Of a stretch of 64,000 nucleotides of DNA, positions 32,006 through 41,511 are shown one piece after another. The stretch covers positions 832,001-896,000 of the forward strand of contig CAVWFS010000018.1 in assembly GCA_963754315.1 (NCBI GenBank), read 5' to 3'. Both the position numbers and the translations under genes were made by a program. The notes beneath the pieces were generated by a model. That model had not been told where the DNA came from. It was given only the letters and a program-made list of their open reading frames with translations, and did not search any database. How positions within the stretch are numbered: position 1 is the first letter of the stretch; every line of letters starts with the position of its first letter. The DNA comes from an uncultured Candidatus Rokubacteria bacterium. Lineage in GTDB: Bacteria > Methylomirabilota > Methylomirabilia > Rokubacteriales > CSP1-6.

Positions 32006-33126
32006 CGAGCCAGCGCTCACTCGGCATTCTCCACTTGGCTGCCAATCGCTGGTGGACGGGCAGTGCCGATCCCGTCATCCGCCTGGTGGTTGCCTTGCGG
32101 GAGCGTGGCCACCGAGTCATGCTCGGAGTGATTCCGGGCGATCGCTTCGAGCTCAAGGCGCGCGAGGCGGGTCTCGAACCGATCGCCGATCTTCATCTGC
32201 AGACTCGTGGTGGACCGCTTGCTCTGCTGCGTGACCTGCGCCGGCTGCGCGCGATCGTGGAGGCCGAGAGCATCGACGTCATCCACACCCACCACTCACA
32301 CGATCACTGGCTGGCGGTACTCGCACGCGCGCGCCGTCGTAGCGGCGTGCGCGTCCCCGTTGTTCGCTCCTTCCACAATCTCCGGGCCGTGAAGCGGGAT
32401 GGACTGGCGGGGTGGCTCTACCGACGGACGAGAGCCGTCGTGGTTGTCTCGCGCCAGATCGAGGCGCGATGTCGCGAAGTCGGGTTCAGGGCGGATCGGG
32501 TGTTCTGGACGCCGGGGATGGCGGACCTCCCGCGGTTCTCTCCCGATGACACCGGTCGGGCCATCCGCGAGGAATTCAAGCTCGGCGACGCTCCAGTGGT
32601 GGTCGCCGTGTCCAGGCTGGCCCCCAATCGGGGCCACGAGTTGCTCCTCGCTGGCTTCCAGCGTCTTCTGGTGGATGTGCCCGAGGCGCGCCTCCTGCTA
32701 GTCGGCAAAGGCGAGACGCGGGCGCGGCTGGAGTCACTCGTCCGGGAGCTAGGGCTCGGGGAGCGGGCCGTGTTCACAGGTTATCGCGACCGCGATCTCC
32801 CCGCCGTTCTGGGAGCGGCGGACTGCTTCGCCCTCATGGCGGCGGGGTCGGATGATTCGTGTCGGGCAGCCCTGGAGGCGATGGCAGCCGGACGCCCCGT
32901 TGTCGCGCGAAGGGTCGGAGCCTTGCCGGAGACGGTGGTCCATGGCGAAACCGGGCTGCTCGTCGGCGAGGACACCGCCGATGTCGCGGTAGCCCTCGAG
33001 CGGGTCTTGGCCGACCGTGCTCGCGCGCGGATCATGGGACTCGCCGGTCGGCGGCGGGCCGAGCAGGAGTTCGGTCCCGAGCGCGCGGTGGCTATCGTGG
33101 AAGAGGTCTACCGCACGCTGGCGTGA
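32002..33126 (+). CDS. Glycosyltransferase family 4 (LPS core)
   Basis: DVIHTH, VSRLAPNRGH, ALEAMAAGRPVVA, GETGLLV. Confidence 0.88.
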   Translation: MTSQRSLGILHLAANRWWTGSADPVIRLVVALRERGHRVMLGVIPGDRFELKAREAGLEPIADLHLQTRGGPLALLRDLRRLRAIVEAESIDVIHTHHSHDHWLAVLARARRRSGVRVPVVRSFHNLRAVKRDGLAGWLYRRTRAVVVVSRQIEARCREVGFRADRVFWTPGMADLPRFSPDDTGRAIREEFKLGDAPVVVAVSRLAPNRGHELLLAGFQRLLVDVPEARLLLVGKGETRARLESLVRELGLGERAVFTGYRDRDLPAVLGAADCFALMAAGSDDSCRAALEAMAAGRPVVARRVGALPETVVHGETGLLVGEDTADVAVALERVLADRARARIMGLAGRRRAEQEFGPERAVAIVEEVYRTLA

Positions 33127-34238
33127 AGGTCCTCCAGCTCATGTCGAGCCGAGGGTGGTCCTCGGACGCCTACTTGGCGGCCCGCATGACGTGTGATCTT
33201 GCGCGGCGCGGGCACGAGGTCTGGCTGGGCTGCCGACGCGGCAGCGAGGCGCGCGTGATCGAGCGGGCGCGCGCCGAGGGCGTGGAGCGCGTCGTGACGT
33301 TCGCCTTCCGAGGTGGCCTCAGTCCTGGAGCAGACACGGCGGACGTTCGCTGCCTCCTTCGCTGGCTGCCCCGCGTCGATGCGGTTCACGTGCACCGCGG
33401 CAAGGAGCACTGGCTGGCCGCGGTAGCCAATCGGTTGAGCCGAACGCCTCGTCCCGTGGTGCGCACCCGGCACATCGTGCAAGCCGTTCGTCCGCACGCG
33501 CCTAACCGCTGGCTCTACCGCCACGCCACGGCGCTGGTTCACACGGTCACCGAGGCGATGCGGCAGCAATACGTCGCCTCCGGCCTCTTGCCGGCAGACC
33601 GTATCGTGACTTTGCCAGGCGGAGTGGATGCGGATCGGTTCCGACCGATGCCTCCGGATCCGCATCTGCGAGCCCGTCTAGGCGCGGGTGAGGGGATGCC
33701 CTTGGTTGGCGTGATCGCAGGCTTGCGAGTCATGAAAGGCCATCACGTTCTCATCGAGGCCGCCGTGCCTCTTGCCGCGCGGAATGACCGCCTTCGGGTA
33801 GTCCTCGTCGGCCGTGGCAGCATGGAAGCGTCCATCCGGGAGGCCCTGCGGCATCATGGTCTCGAGGCACACGTGACCCTTGCCGGATTCGTCGAGAATC
33901 TTCCAGCAGTGCTGGCAGCCCTCGATGTCGCCCTCTACATCCCTCTCGAGTCCGAGGGCATGTCACGCGTCGTATTCGAGTACCTGGCGTCCGGATGTCC
34001 ACTCATCGCGGCGCGTGTTGGCGTCGTTTCCGAAGTGCTGGTCGATCGCGAGCACGCCTTGCTGGTTCCCGGGGGCGATGCGGAGGCTCTGAGCGCGGCG
34101 CTGGCGGAGATGCTCGGCGACGTTGCGCTGCGCCGGCGCCTGGGTATCGCCGGGCGTGCGCTGATCGAGGAACGCTACGCGGGCAGCCGGGTCGCCGAGG
34201 CGCTCGAACGACAGTATGTTCGCCTGGCCGCCGCGTGA
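33123..34238 (+). CDS. Glycosyltransferase family 4 (LPS core)
   Basis: VVRTRH, GVDADRF, KGH, EGMSRVVFEYLASGCP; paralogous to the upstream GT4. Confidence 0.88.
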   Translation: MKVLQLMSSRGWSSDAYLAARMTCDLARRGHEVWLGCRRGSEARVIERARAEGVERVVTFAFRGGLSPGADTADVRCLLRWLPRVDAVHVHRGKEHWLAAVANRLSRTPRPVVRTRHIVQAVRPHAPNRWLYRHATALVHTVTEAMRQQYVASGLLPADRIVTLPGGVDADRFRPMPPDPHLRARLGAGEGMPLVGVIAGLRVMKGHHVLIEAAVPLAARNDRLRVVLVGRGSMEASIREALRHHGLEAHVTLAGFVENLPAVLAALDVALYIPLESEGMSRVVFEYLASGCPLIAARVGVVSEVLVDREHALLVPGGDAEALSAALAEMLGDVALRRRLGIAGRALIEERYAGSRVAEALERQYVRLAAA

Positions 34239-35368
34239 AGGTCTCCATCGTAGCCTTCGACCTCTCGGACAACGCTACCGGCCGGGCAGACTTGCTCGCG
34301 CGACTGCTCAGCCCTCGGTATCAGACGCATGTCGTTGGGCCTCGCTTCGGGCCGGAGATCTGGCGCCCGGGACGAGACGGGGGTGTGGAGTACCGTGCTC
34401 TCGCCGCCTCCCGCTATCCTGGCTTCGCAGCACGCGTACCCGCGCTGCTCGATCTGATCGACGGAGATCTGATCTACGCCTCGAAGCTCCGGCCGACCAG
34501 CTACGGCCTGGCCCTGCTGGCGCGCGCGCGCCGCCGCCGCCCGCTCCTCGTGGACATCGACGATTGGGAGCTCGGTTTCTACTATCGATCGGGATTGTGG
34601 CGAGGGATCGGCCGGGCGCTGAATCTCGCCAATCCGAATGGTCTTCCCTGGACATGGCTGATGGAGCGCTGTGTGAGCGGCGCCGACGCCCGCACGGTGG
34701 CGTCGCGTTTCCTGCAGACGCGGTTCGGCGGCACCTTGATTCCCCACGTGCGCGATACCGAGGCTTGGGATCCCAGGCGCTACGACCGGCAGGCCGCCCG
34801 AGGCAAGCTCGGGCTCCAGGCGCAACCGCTGGTCATGTTTCTCGGTACGCCACGGGCTTACAAGGGCGTCGACGATCTCGTGGAGGCGGTGGCGCGCCTC
34901 GAGGATGACACGCGGCTGGCCATTGTCGGTGTCAAGCCCGCTTCGGCCGAGGCCCGGCGCTGGACGGCACGTCCCTTCGTGCGGGTGGTACCCGAGATTC
35001 CCTTCGATGAGGTTCCCCACTACTTGAGTGCGGCCGACGTGGTGGCGGTACCTCAGCGCGCCACGACCGATACGATCGGGCAGGTGCCTGCCAAGCTCTT
35101 CGACGCCATGGCCCTCGGACGACCGGTGGTCTCGACGTCCGTGTCCATGATCCCCGAGATACTGGACGGTTGTGGACTCGTTGTTCCGCCCGGAGATGTG
35201 CGGGCCCTCAGCGACGCGTTGCGTCGTCTGCTCGCCGACCGGGTGCTGGCAGAGGCGCTAGGCCGTCGCGCGCGCGCCCGCTGCGAGGAACACTACAGCT
35301 TCGGTGCCGCCCGCCGCCACTTGTTCCCCCTGCTCGACGCGCTTGCCGCGGGTCGCCGCCAGCCGTGA
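34235..35368 (+). CDS. Glycosyltransferase family 4
   Basis: DIDDWE, FLGTPRAYKGVDDL, PAKLFDAMALGRPVV. Confidence 0.88.
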   Translation: MKVSIVAFDLSDNATGRADLLARLLSPRYQTHVVGPRFGPEIWRPGRDGGVEYRALAASRYPGFAARVPALLDLIDGDLIYASKLRPTSYGLALLARARRRRPLLVDIDDWELGFYYRSGLWRGIGRALNLANPNGLPWTWLMERCVSGADARTVASRFLQTRFGGTLIPHVRDTEAWDPRRYDRQAARGKLGLQAQPLVMFLGTPRAYKGVDDLVEAVARLEDDTRLAIVGVKPASAEARRWTARPFVRVVPEIPFDEVPHYLSAADVVAVPQRATTDTIGQVPAKLFDAMALGRPVVSTSVSMIPEILDGCGLVVPPGDVRALSDALRRLLADRVLAEALGRRARARCEEHYSFGAARRHLFPLLDALAAGRRQP

Positions 35369-36474
35369 GGATTCTTATCATCGCCCGGCCCTTCACGTTT
35401 CACGGTGGTGTGGAGCGCGCGACGGCCGGACTCCTGCGGGGCCTCGTCGAGTCTGGTCAGGACGTCGATCTGCTCACCCCCGGGGTTCAGATCCCCGTGC
35501 CGGGGGTCACCCTCCACCGTTTGTGGCTACCGTCGCTGCCCGCCGCGGCCCGCGTGCTGTCCCTCGCGGTTGCCGCTCGTCTGGCGGTCCGGCGCGGGCG
35601 GTGGGACGTTGTGCAGAGCCACGAACGGACGCTCGGGCAGGATGTCTACCGCGCGGGAGAGGGTTCCCACCGCGCGTACCTGGCCAGCACGGGCGAGAGG
35701 CGCGGGCGGCGTCTCTACCACGCCGTGGTGCTGGCGCTCGAACGCGAGGTCTTCGCGCGCACCCCTCGGGTCGTGGCCATCGCAGCCCGGGGCCGTGCGG
35801 AGATCGAGCGCGACTACGGCCTCTGCCGAGCTCCCATCGCGGTCGTCTACAACGGCGTTGATCTCGCGCGGTTCCATCCGAGTCAACGGTGTCGTCACCG
35901 TTCGACTCTTCGTCGCGAGGTCGGGGTGGCGCAGGGGGCCTTCGCGCTGCTTTTCGTGGGCAGCGGCTTCGAGAGGAAAGGGCTGGCGACAGCCATCGAG
36001 GGCCTGGCGGAGCTCGAGGATGGCGAGGCACGGCTCATCGTGATCGGGAAGGGACGTCAGGGCCCCTACGTGGAGCTGGCGACCCATCTCGGCGTTCGGG
36101 ACCGAATCGTGTGGCTAGGGCCACGTGTCGACGCCGATCGTTGGTATGCGGCCGCAGATGCGGTGGTGCTCCCTACTCGATACGAACCATTCGGCAACGT
36201 TCACCTGGAGGCCCTTGCCTCGGGCGTGCCCGTGGTGACGAGCACCCGAGCCGGCGGGGCCGAGCTCATCCAGGAAGGCCTGAACGGATTCACCGTCGAT
36301 CCGCTCGACGCGAAGGCAGTGGCCCGTGCCATCGAGCGCATCCGGAGTGCTCCCGCCGCGACGATGGCCGAGGCCGCTCGGCGGTCGGCCGAGCCCTATA
36401 CGTTTGCCGCGCAGGCCGAGGGATTCATGAGGATCTACAGGGAGTTGCGCGCTGGAGTTGCCCAGAATCCTTGA
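35365..36474 (+). CDS. Glycosyltransferase family 4 (WaaG/WabG-like)
   Basis: GGVER, QSHER, DVYRAGEG, FVGSGFERKGL, YEPFGNVHLEALASG. Confidence 0.88.
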   Translation: MRILIIARPFTFHGGVERATAGLLRGLVESGQDVDLLTPGVQIPVPGVTLHRLWLPSLPAAARVLSLAVAARLAVRRGRWDVVQSHERTLGQDVYRAGEGSHRAYLASTGERRGRRLYHAVVLALEREVFARTPRVVAIAARGRAEIERDYGLCRAPIAVVYNGVDLARFHPSQRCRHRSTLRREVGVAQGAFALLFVGSGFERKGLATAIEGLAELEDGEARLIVIGKGRQGPYVELATHLGVRDRIVWLGPRVDADRWYAAADAVVLPTRYEPFGNVHLEALASGVPVVTSTRAGGAELIQEGLNGFTVDPLDAKAVARAIERIRSAPAATMAEAARRSAEPYTFAAQAEGFMRIYRELRAGVAQNP

Positions 36475-36499
36475 GAACGAGCCGTCGACAGCATACACT
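36471..36499 (+). promoter_or_regulatory. Putative sigma70 promoter giving a leaderless heptose-kinase mRNA
   Basis: TTGAGA-17 nt-TACACT; GTG start lies 7 nt after the -10. Confidence 0.5.
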
Positions 36500-36505
36500 T
36501 GCGCG

Positions 36506-37510
36506 GTGAACCGCGTGCGGCTCCGCTCGGCCGTGGAAGCTTTCCGAGACCGGTCCATCGCCGTGGTGGGAGATCTGATCGTCGACGAGTACTTGTCCGG
36601 CAAGCCCGCCCGCATCTCCCGCGAAGCCCCGGTTCTCATCCTGCGCTTCACCGAGCGCGACGTCCGGCTGGGCGGTGCTGCCAACGCGGCGAACAACGTC
36701 CATGCCTTGAGCGCGCGTGTCGTTCCCATCGGGGTCGTCGGGGCGGACCGGGCGGGCGACGAGATCCTTGGGCTCTTCGGAGGGGCCGGCATCAGTACGG
36801 ACGGGATCGTGGTTGAACGGGGCCGTGATACGCCCGTCAAGACCCGGATCATGGCCGGAGGCTATCGGGCTACACGACAACAGGTCGTCCGCCTCGATCG
36901 TGAGCCACAGGGCGAGCTGGCCCCCGTCACCGAGGACGCGCTCCTGGAGAGGCTTGTGGCCCTCGCGGGGGACGTGGACGCGATCTTGATCTCCGACTAC
37001 GGCTACGGCACGCTGTCCCCCCGCGTGTTGGAGGGCATCCGGGCCCTCGTGCGTCGGCGTGCCATCATGCTTACCGTGGACAGTCGGTACGACCTGCCAC
37101 GATTCACGGGGGTGACGGCGGCCACCCCGAACGAGGCCGAGCTCGAGCAGTTGACCGGAACCGCAGTGGAGGACGAGCGCGCCGTCGAGAAGGCGGGCCG
37201 GCAGCTCCTCGAGCGCCTGAATGCCCAGATCCTCCTGGTGACGCGAGGCAGCCAGGGGATGGCGCTACTCGAGCGGGACGGCGCCACCACGATCATCCCC
37301 ATCGTCGGGACCGATGAGATCGCGGACGTCACCGGAGCCGGCGACACCGTGATCAGCGCGTTCACGGTTGCCCTCGCCTGCGGCGTCTCGCCACTCGACT
37401 CAGCCCTCCTCGCCAACATGGCGGGGGGACTCGTCGTGATGAGGCGAGGCACCGCCACCGTGTCGCGAGCCGAGCTGGCGCGGGCGGTCGATGGACGTCC
37501 CACGGCATGA
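36506..37510 (+). CDS. rfaE1: D-glycero-D-manno-heptose-7-phosphate kinase (stand-alone RfaE domain I / HldA)
   Basis: [45 protein letters not shown]. Confidence 0.9.
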   Translation: MNRVRLRSAVEAFRDRSIAVVGDLIVDEYLSGKPARISREAPVLILRFTERDVRLGGAANAANNVHALSARVVPIGVVGADRAGDEILGLFGGAGISTDGIVVERGRDTPVKTRIMAGGYRATRQQVVRLDREPQGELAPVTEDALLERLVALAGDVDAILISDYGYGTLSPRVLEGIRALVRRRAIMLTVDSRYDLPRFTGVTAATPNEAELEQLTGTAVEDERAVEKAGRQLLERLNAQILLVTRGSQGMALLERDGATTIIPIVGTDEIADVTGAGDTVISAFTVALACGVSPLDSALLANMAGGLVVMRRGTATVSRAELARAVDGRPTA

Positions 37511-37538
37511 GCCCGAGCCGGATCCAGGGACGACTTCT

Positions 37539-38021
37539 GTGACGGCGCTGTTGACATTGGACGAGGCGTCCGTCGCCGCCGATACACTGCGTCGTCAGGG
37601 GCGGCGCATTGTTCTCGCCAACGGGTGCTTCGATCTCCTCCACGTGGGCCACCTCCGCTATCTTCAGGCGGCGCGCGCCCTTGGCGATGTCCTGTTCGTC
37701 GGGATCAACTCTGACGCTGCCGTGCAGCGTCTCAAGGGCGCCGGGCGCCCCGTGATACCGGTTCGCGAGCGGGCTGAGATCCTGGCCTCCCTCAAGAGCG
37801 TCGATCACGTTGTCGTGTTCGAGGACGACACCGCCGATAGCCTGGTGGCGGCCGTGCGCCCGGCCGTTCATGCCAAGGGCACCGACTACACGCCAGGCGG
37901 CGTGCCCGAAGGCTCCACCGCGCGCGCCATCGGCGCCACGGTAGCCATCGTGGGTGATCCGAAGGAGCACTCGACGCGCGACCTCATCGCGCTCATCGTG
38001 GAGCGGTTCGCGCGGCGGTGA
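37539..38021 (+). CDS. rfaE2: D-glycero-D-manno-heptose-1-phosphate adenylyltransferase (stand-alone RfaE domain II / HldC)
   Basis: [33 protein letters not shown]; start GTG 37539 (alternative ATG 37491). Confidence 0.9.
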   Translation: MTALLTLDEASVAADTLRRQGRRIVLANGCFDLLHVGHLRYLQAARALGDVLFVGINSDAAVQRLKGAGRPVIPVRERAEILASLKSVDHVVVFEDDTADSLVAAVRPAVHAKGTDYTPGGVPEGSTARAIGATVAIVGDPKEHSTRDLIALIVERFARR

Positions 38022-38034
38022 TCCGCGGGCGCGT

Positions 38035-39018
38035 ATGAACGTCGCCATCGTCAAGCTCTCTTCGGTGGGCGATGTCGTCCACGCGCTGCCCGTGGCGGCT
38101 GCCCTGCGCACGCGGTTCCCGCACGGGCGCATCACCTGGGTTGTCGAACGGCGCGAGGCGGTCCTGGTGGAGGGGAATCCCGACCTCGATGAGGTGGTGA
38201 GGGTCGACACACGGAGCTGGCGGCGCTTGCAGGAGCTGACCACCATCCCCGACGTGCTCGGACGTCTACGCCGCGCGCGCTTCGACGTGGCCGTCGACCT
38301 TCAGGGGAACGTGAAGAGCGGTCTCCTCACCGTGGCCACTGGCGCCCGCGTCCGCATCGGGTTCACGGCGCTCCGGTGTCGCGAGCCGGCGAACGCGCTG
38401 TTCACGAATCGGCGAGTCGAGCCGCCCGCGTCGGCTCGCCACGTCGTGGATCAACTGCTCTCACTGCTCGCTCCGTTCGGCGGGACCACGGGCTCGCCGA
38501 CGTTCTGGCTCCCATCGTCGCCGGCCGCCGAGAGGGCCGCCGAGACGTTCTTCGTGGGCCACGGCCTGAAGGAGATGGACCGCATTGTCGTGCTGAATCC
38601 GGGAGCAGGCCGCGCCGACAAGCGCTGGCCCCTCGCGCGCTTCATCGAGCTCGGGCGGCGGCTGAGGCTGGAAATGGGCGCCACGGTTGTGGTGGCATGG
38701 GGCCCCTCTGAATTTGATCACGCGCGCGCGCTCGCCGAAGGAGCCGGAGCGCTGCTGGCGCCGCCGACGAGCCTTGAGGGGCTCCTCGCCCTGCTGCGCC
38801 GGATCAGCGTGATGGTGGCCGCGGACACCGGCCCGCTCCACATGGCCGCCGCGCTCGGGATCCCCTGTGTTGGCCTCTATGGACCGACCGATCCGGCCCG
38901 CAACGGACCCTACGGCCCCGGGCATCGAACCCTGCACGCCCCCGAGGGCACCATGGACTCCTTGACGGCCGACACGGTGGCGAGAGTGGTGCTCGACCTG
39001 GTCGATGAGCGCCGGTGA
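38035..39018 (+). CDS. waaC: Lipopolysaccharide heptosyltransferase I (GT9)
   Basis: IVKLSSVGDVVHALP, DLQGNVKS, KRWP, DTGPLHMAAA, LYGPTDP. Confidence 0.88.
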   Translation: MNVAIVKLSSVGDVVHALPVAAALRTRFPHGRITWVVERREAVLVEGNPDLDEVVRVDTRSWRRLQELTTIPDVLGRLRRARFDVAVDLQGNVKSGLLTVATGARVRIGFTALRCREPANALFTNRRVEPPASARHVVDQLLSLLAPFGGTTGSPTFWLPSSPAAERAAETFFVGHGLKEMDRIVVLNPGAGRADKRWPLARFIELGRRLRLEMGATVVVAWGPSEFDHARALAEGAGALLAPPTSLEGLLALLRRISVMVAADTGPLHMAAALGIPCVGLYGPTDPARNGPYGPGHRTLHAPEGTMDSLTADTVARVVLDLVDERR

Positions 39019-39773
39019 CCAACTCGCGCAAGACATGCTCGGCGGTGGTCATAACCTGGAATGAAGAGGAGCGCCTGCGCGCGTGCCTGGCCAGCCTGGC
39101 CTGGGTCGACGAGATCGTCGTGGTCGATGCTGAGTCACACGACAAGACGGTCGAGGTGGCCCGGGAGTTCACCGACCGGATCCTCGTGCAGCCCTGGCTG
39201 GGTTTCGCCGCCCAGAAGAACTTCGCCGTGGACCAGGCCCGGGGAGAGTGGATCCTGTCGGTCGACGCCGACGAGGAAGTCAGTCTCGAGCTGCGCGGGG
39301 AGGTCGAGGCGATTCTGGCTGCACCAGTGACCGCCGCCGGCTACGCCGTCCCGCGTCGTAACATCTTCTGGGATCGATGGATCCGTCATGGGGGACTCTA
39401 TCCAGACTGGCAGACACGACTGTTCCAGCGCGGCCAGGGGCGCTTCGTCCAGCGCGCGGTGCACGAGTCGGTGGAGATCGCGGGCCCGCTGGCTCGCCTG
39501 CGCGGCCCGCTCGTGCACAAGAGCTATCGGAGCATCGGTGAGTTCCTGGAGCGGGCCAACCGCTACTCGTCCCTGGCTGCTGACGATCTCGCTCGGAGCG
39601 GGACACGGGTAGGAGGCGGGCAGGTGGTCCTGCGGCCCCTGGGCCGCTTCCTGAGCATGTACCTGCTTCGGCGCGGATTTCTCGACGGGATGCCGGGACT
39701 TCTTCTGGCCGGGCTCTACGCGTACTATGTTTTCATTCGTTGCGCGAAGCTCTGGGAGAAGACGAGGCGCTGA
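39015..39773 (+). CDS. Glycosyltransferase family 2 (WaaE/KdtX-like)
   Basis: ITWNEE, DEIVVVD, GFAAQKN, VDADE, VHE, GFLDG. Confidence 0.9.
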   Translation: MTNSRKTCSAVVITWNEEERLRACLASLAWVDEIVVVDAESHDKTVEVAREFTDRILVQPWLGFAAQKNFAVDQARGEWILSVDADEEVSLELRGEVEAILAAPVTAAGYAVPRRNIFWDRWIRHGGLYPDWQTRLFQRGQGRFVQRAVHESVEIAGPLARLRGPLVHKSYRSIGEFLERANRYSSLAADDLARSGTRVGGGQVVLRPLGRFLSMYLLRRGFLDGMPGLLLAGLYAYYVFIRCAKLWEKTRR

Positions 39774-40762
39774 TGGCACACGTTCGGGACCGGGTCCTGT
39801 CCGGTATGCGACCGACTGGGAAGGTACACCTGGGCAACTATCTGGGGGCACTCGACAACTGGGTTCGACTTCAAGAATCGGCTGACTGCTTCTTTTTCGT
39901 GGCCGACTGGCATCTGCTGACCGATCATCTCGACACGCGCGAGGTCCCATCCAACACGATAGAGATGATGGCGGATTGGCTGGGGGCGGGACTCGATCCC
40001 GAGCGCAGTGTGTTGTTCCTTCAGTCTCTCGTGCCCGAGCATGCGGAGCTGCACTTGCTGTTTTCGATGGTGACCCCGGTGAGCTGGCTCGAGCGCGTGC
40101 CCACCTACAAGGAGCGCATCGAGCAGCAGGAGATTGCTTCCCCTTCCTACGGTCTCCTGGGCTACCCACTCTTACAATCCGCTGACATCCTGATGTACAA
40201 GGCACGTTGGGTGCCCGTCGGTATCGACCAGGTACCGCACATCGAGCTCACGCGCGAGGTGGCTCGCCGCTTCAACAATGCCTTCGGACCGGTCTTCCCC
40301 GAGCCCGACGCCCTGCTGACCGTGATCCCGAAAGTGACCGGTACCGACGGCCGGAAGATGTCGAAGTCGCTCGACAATTGCATCTACCTCTCCGACACGC
40401 CCGAGACCGTCGTGAAGAAGATCAAGCCGATGGTGACCGACCCCGCGCGCAAGCGACGCACCGACCCCGGCGATCCAGAGGTCTGTCCGGTGTACGATCT
40501 GCACAAGATCTTCTCTCCGGCGCCTGAGCGGACGACGGTGGCCACAGGCTGCCGGACGGCCAGCATCGGCTGCCTCGATTGCAAAGACGTCCTCTTGCGA
40601 CATCTGCTGCCGACCTTGGATCCGATTCGCGAGCGGCGTCAGAGTTTTGCCGACAAACCTGAGCGGATCATCGATATCCTGCACGAAGGGTCGCGGCGAG
40701 CCCGGGCGGTGGCGGCCGGGACGATGGACGAGGTGCGTCGCGCCGTCCGCCTCACTCCGTGA
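39773..40762 (+). CDS. trpS: Tryptophan--tRNA ligase
   Basis: SGMRPTG, HLGN, YPLLQSADIL, VPVGIDQ, KMSKS. Confidence 0.97.
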   Translation: MAHVRDRVLSGMRPTGKVHLGNYLGALDNWVRLQESADCFFFVADWHLLTDHLDTREVPSNTIEMMADWLGAGLDPERSVLFLQSLVPEHAELHLLFSMVTPVSWLERVPTYKERIEQQEIASPSYGLLGYPLLQSADILMYKARWVPVGIDQVPHIELTREVARRFNNAFGPVFPEPDALLTVIPKVTGTDGRKMSKSLDNCIYLSDTPETVVKKIKPMVTDPARKRRTDPGDPEVCPVYDLHKIFSPAPERTTVATGCRTASIGCLDCKDVLLRHLLPTLDPIRERRQSFADKPERIIDILHEGSRRARAVAAGTMDEVRRAVRLTP

Positions 40763-41511
40763 GCACCGTTGAGTCCCCAGGGGGACTGACGCTCCGAGTC
40801 GGAGACTTCGAGGGTCCTCTCGATCTCCTCCTGCACTTGGCCCGGAGCCAGGAAATCGATCTGGCGACCTTGCCGGTTCGCGCCATCACCGATCAGTATC
40901 TTGCCCACCTGGAGGCGATGGAGTTTCGCGACCTGGAAATGGCCGGTGCCTATCTGGTCATGGCGGCCACTCTCGTCTACCTGAAGTCGAAGCTCCTTGT
41001 CCCGCCGGATCCGTCGGCGGAGGAGATGCTCGATGAGGAAGGAGAGGCCCTGCGCCTCGAGCTGGAGGAGCGACTGCGCGAGTACGCCCGGGTCAAGGTG
41101 GCCGGAGTGTGGCTCGCGGAGCGAGAGGCCGAGGAAGCGTTGCGCTGGGGGCGGCCGGGGAGCACGTTACCTCCGATCGAGGATATCCCGCTGGAGGACC
41201 TCAGCGTCCACCTGCTCGAGCGTACCGTGCGCCGGCTCATCGAGGAGCAGCGGCGCCGACGTCCACGCGAGGTCGAAGCCAACCCGCCTTCCGTCCTCGA
41301 GCGCATGACGGAGATCCTCTCCGTTCTCCGTGACGCCTGGTCACTCCTCTTCTCGTCGCTCCTCGGCCAAGAGCGGCAGCGTTCCGAGATTGTGGTCAGC
41401 CTGTTGGCTGTCCTCGAGTTGGTGCGGCTCGGTCATGTCCGCGCGCAGCAAACGGAGCTGTTCGGAGAGATCGTCATCGAACGCCAGACGGAGAGACCGC
41501 CCAATGCCTGA
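40759..41511 (+). CDS. scpA: Segregation and condensation protein A (kleisin)
   Basis: FEGPLDLLLHL, YLVMAATLVYLKSKLL, LAVLELVR, QTELFGEI. Confidence 0.93.
   Translation: MSTVESPGGLTLRVGDFEGPLDLLLHLARSQEIDLATLPVRAITDQYLAHLEAMEFRDLEMAGAYLVMAATLVYLKSKLLVPPDPSAEEMLDEEGEALRLELEERLREYARVKVAGVWLAEREAEEALRWGRPGSTLPPIEDIPLEDLSVHLLERTVRRLIEEQRRRRPREVEANPPSVLERMTEILSVLRDAWSLLFSSLLGQERQRSEIVVSLLAVLELVRLGHVRAQQTELFGEIVIERQTERPPNA

Noticed and set aside
37480..37545. Frameshifted bifunctional hldE
   Set aside because: A +1 shift could join the two ORFs, but the kinase ends naturally and the second ORF has its own SD/GTG and stand-alone-type [15 protein letters not shown] motifs; not excluded without reads
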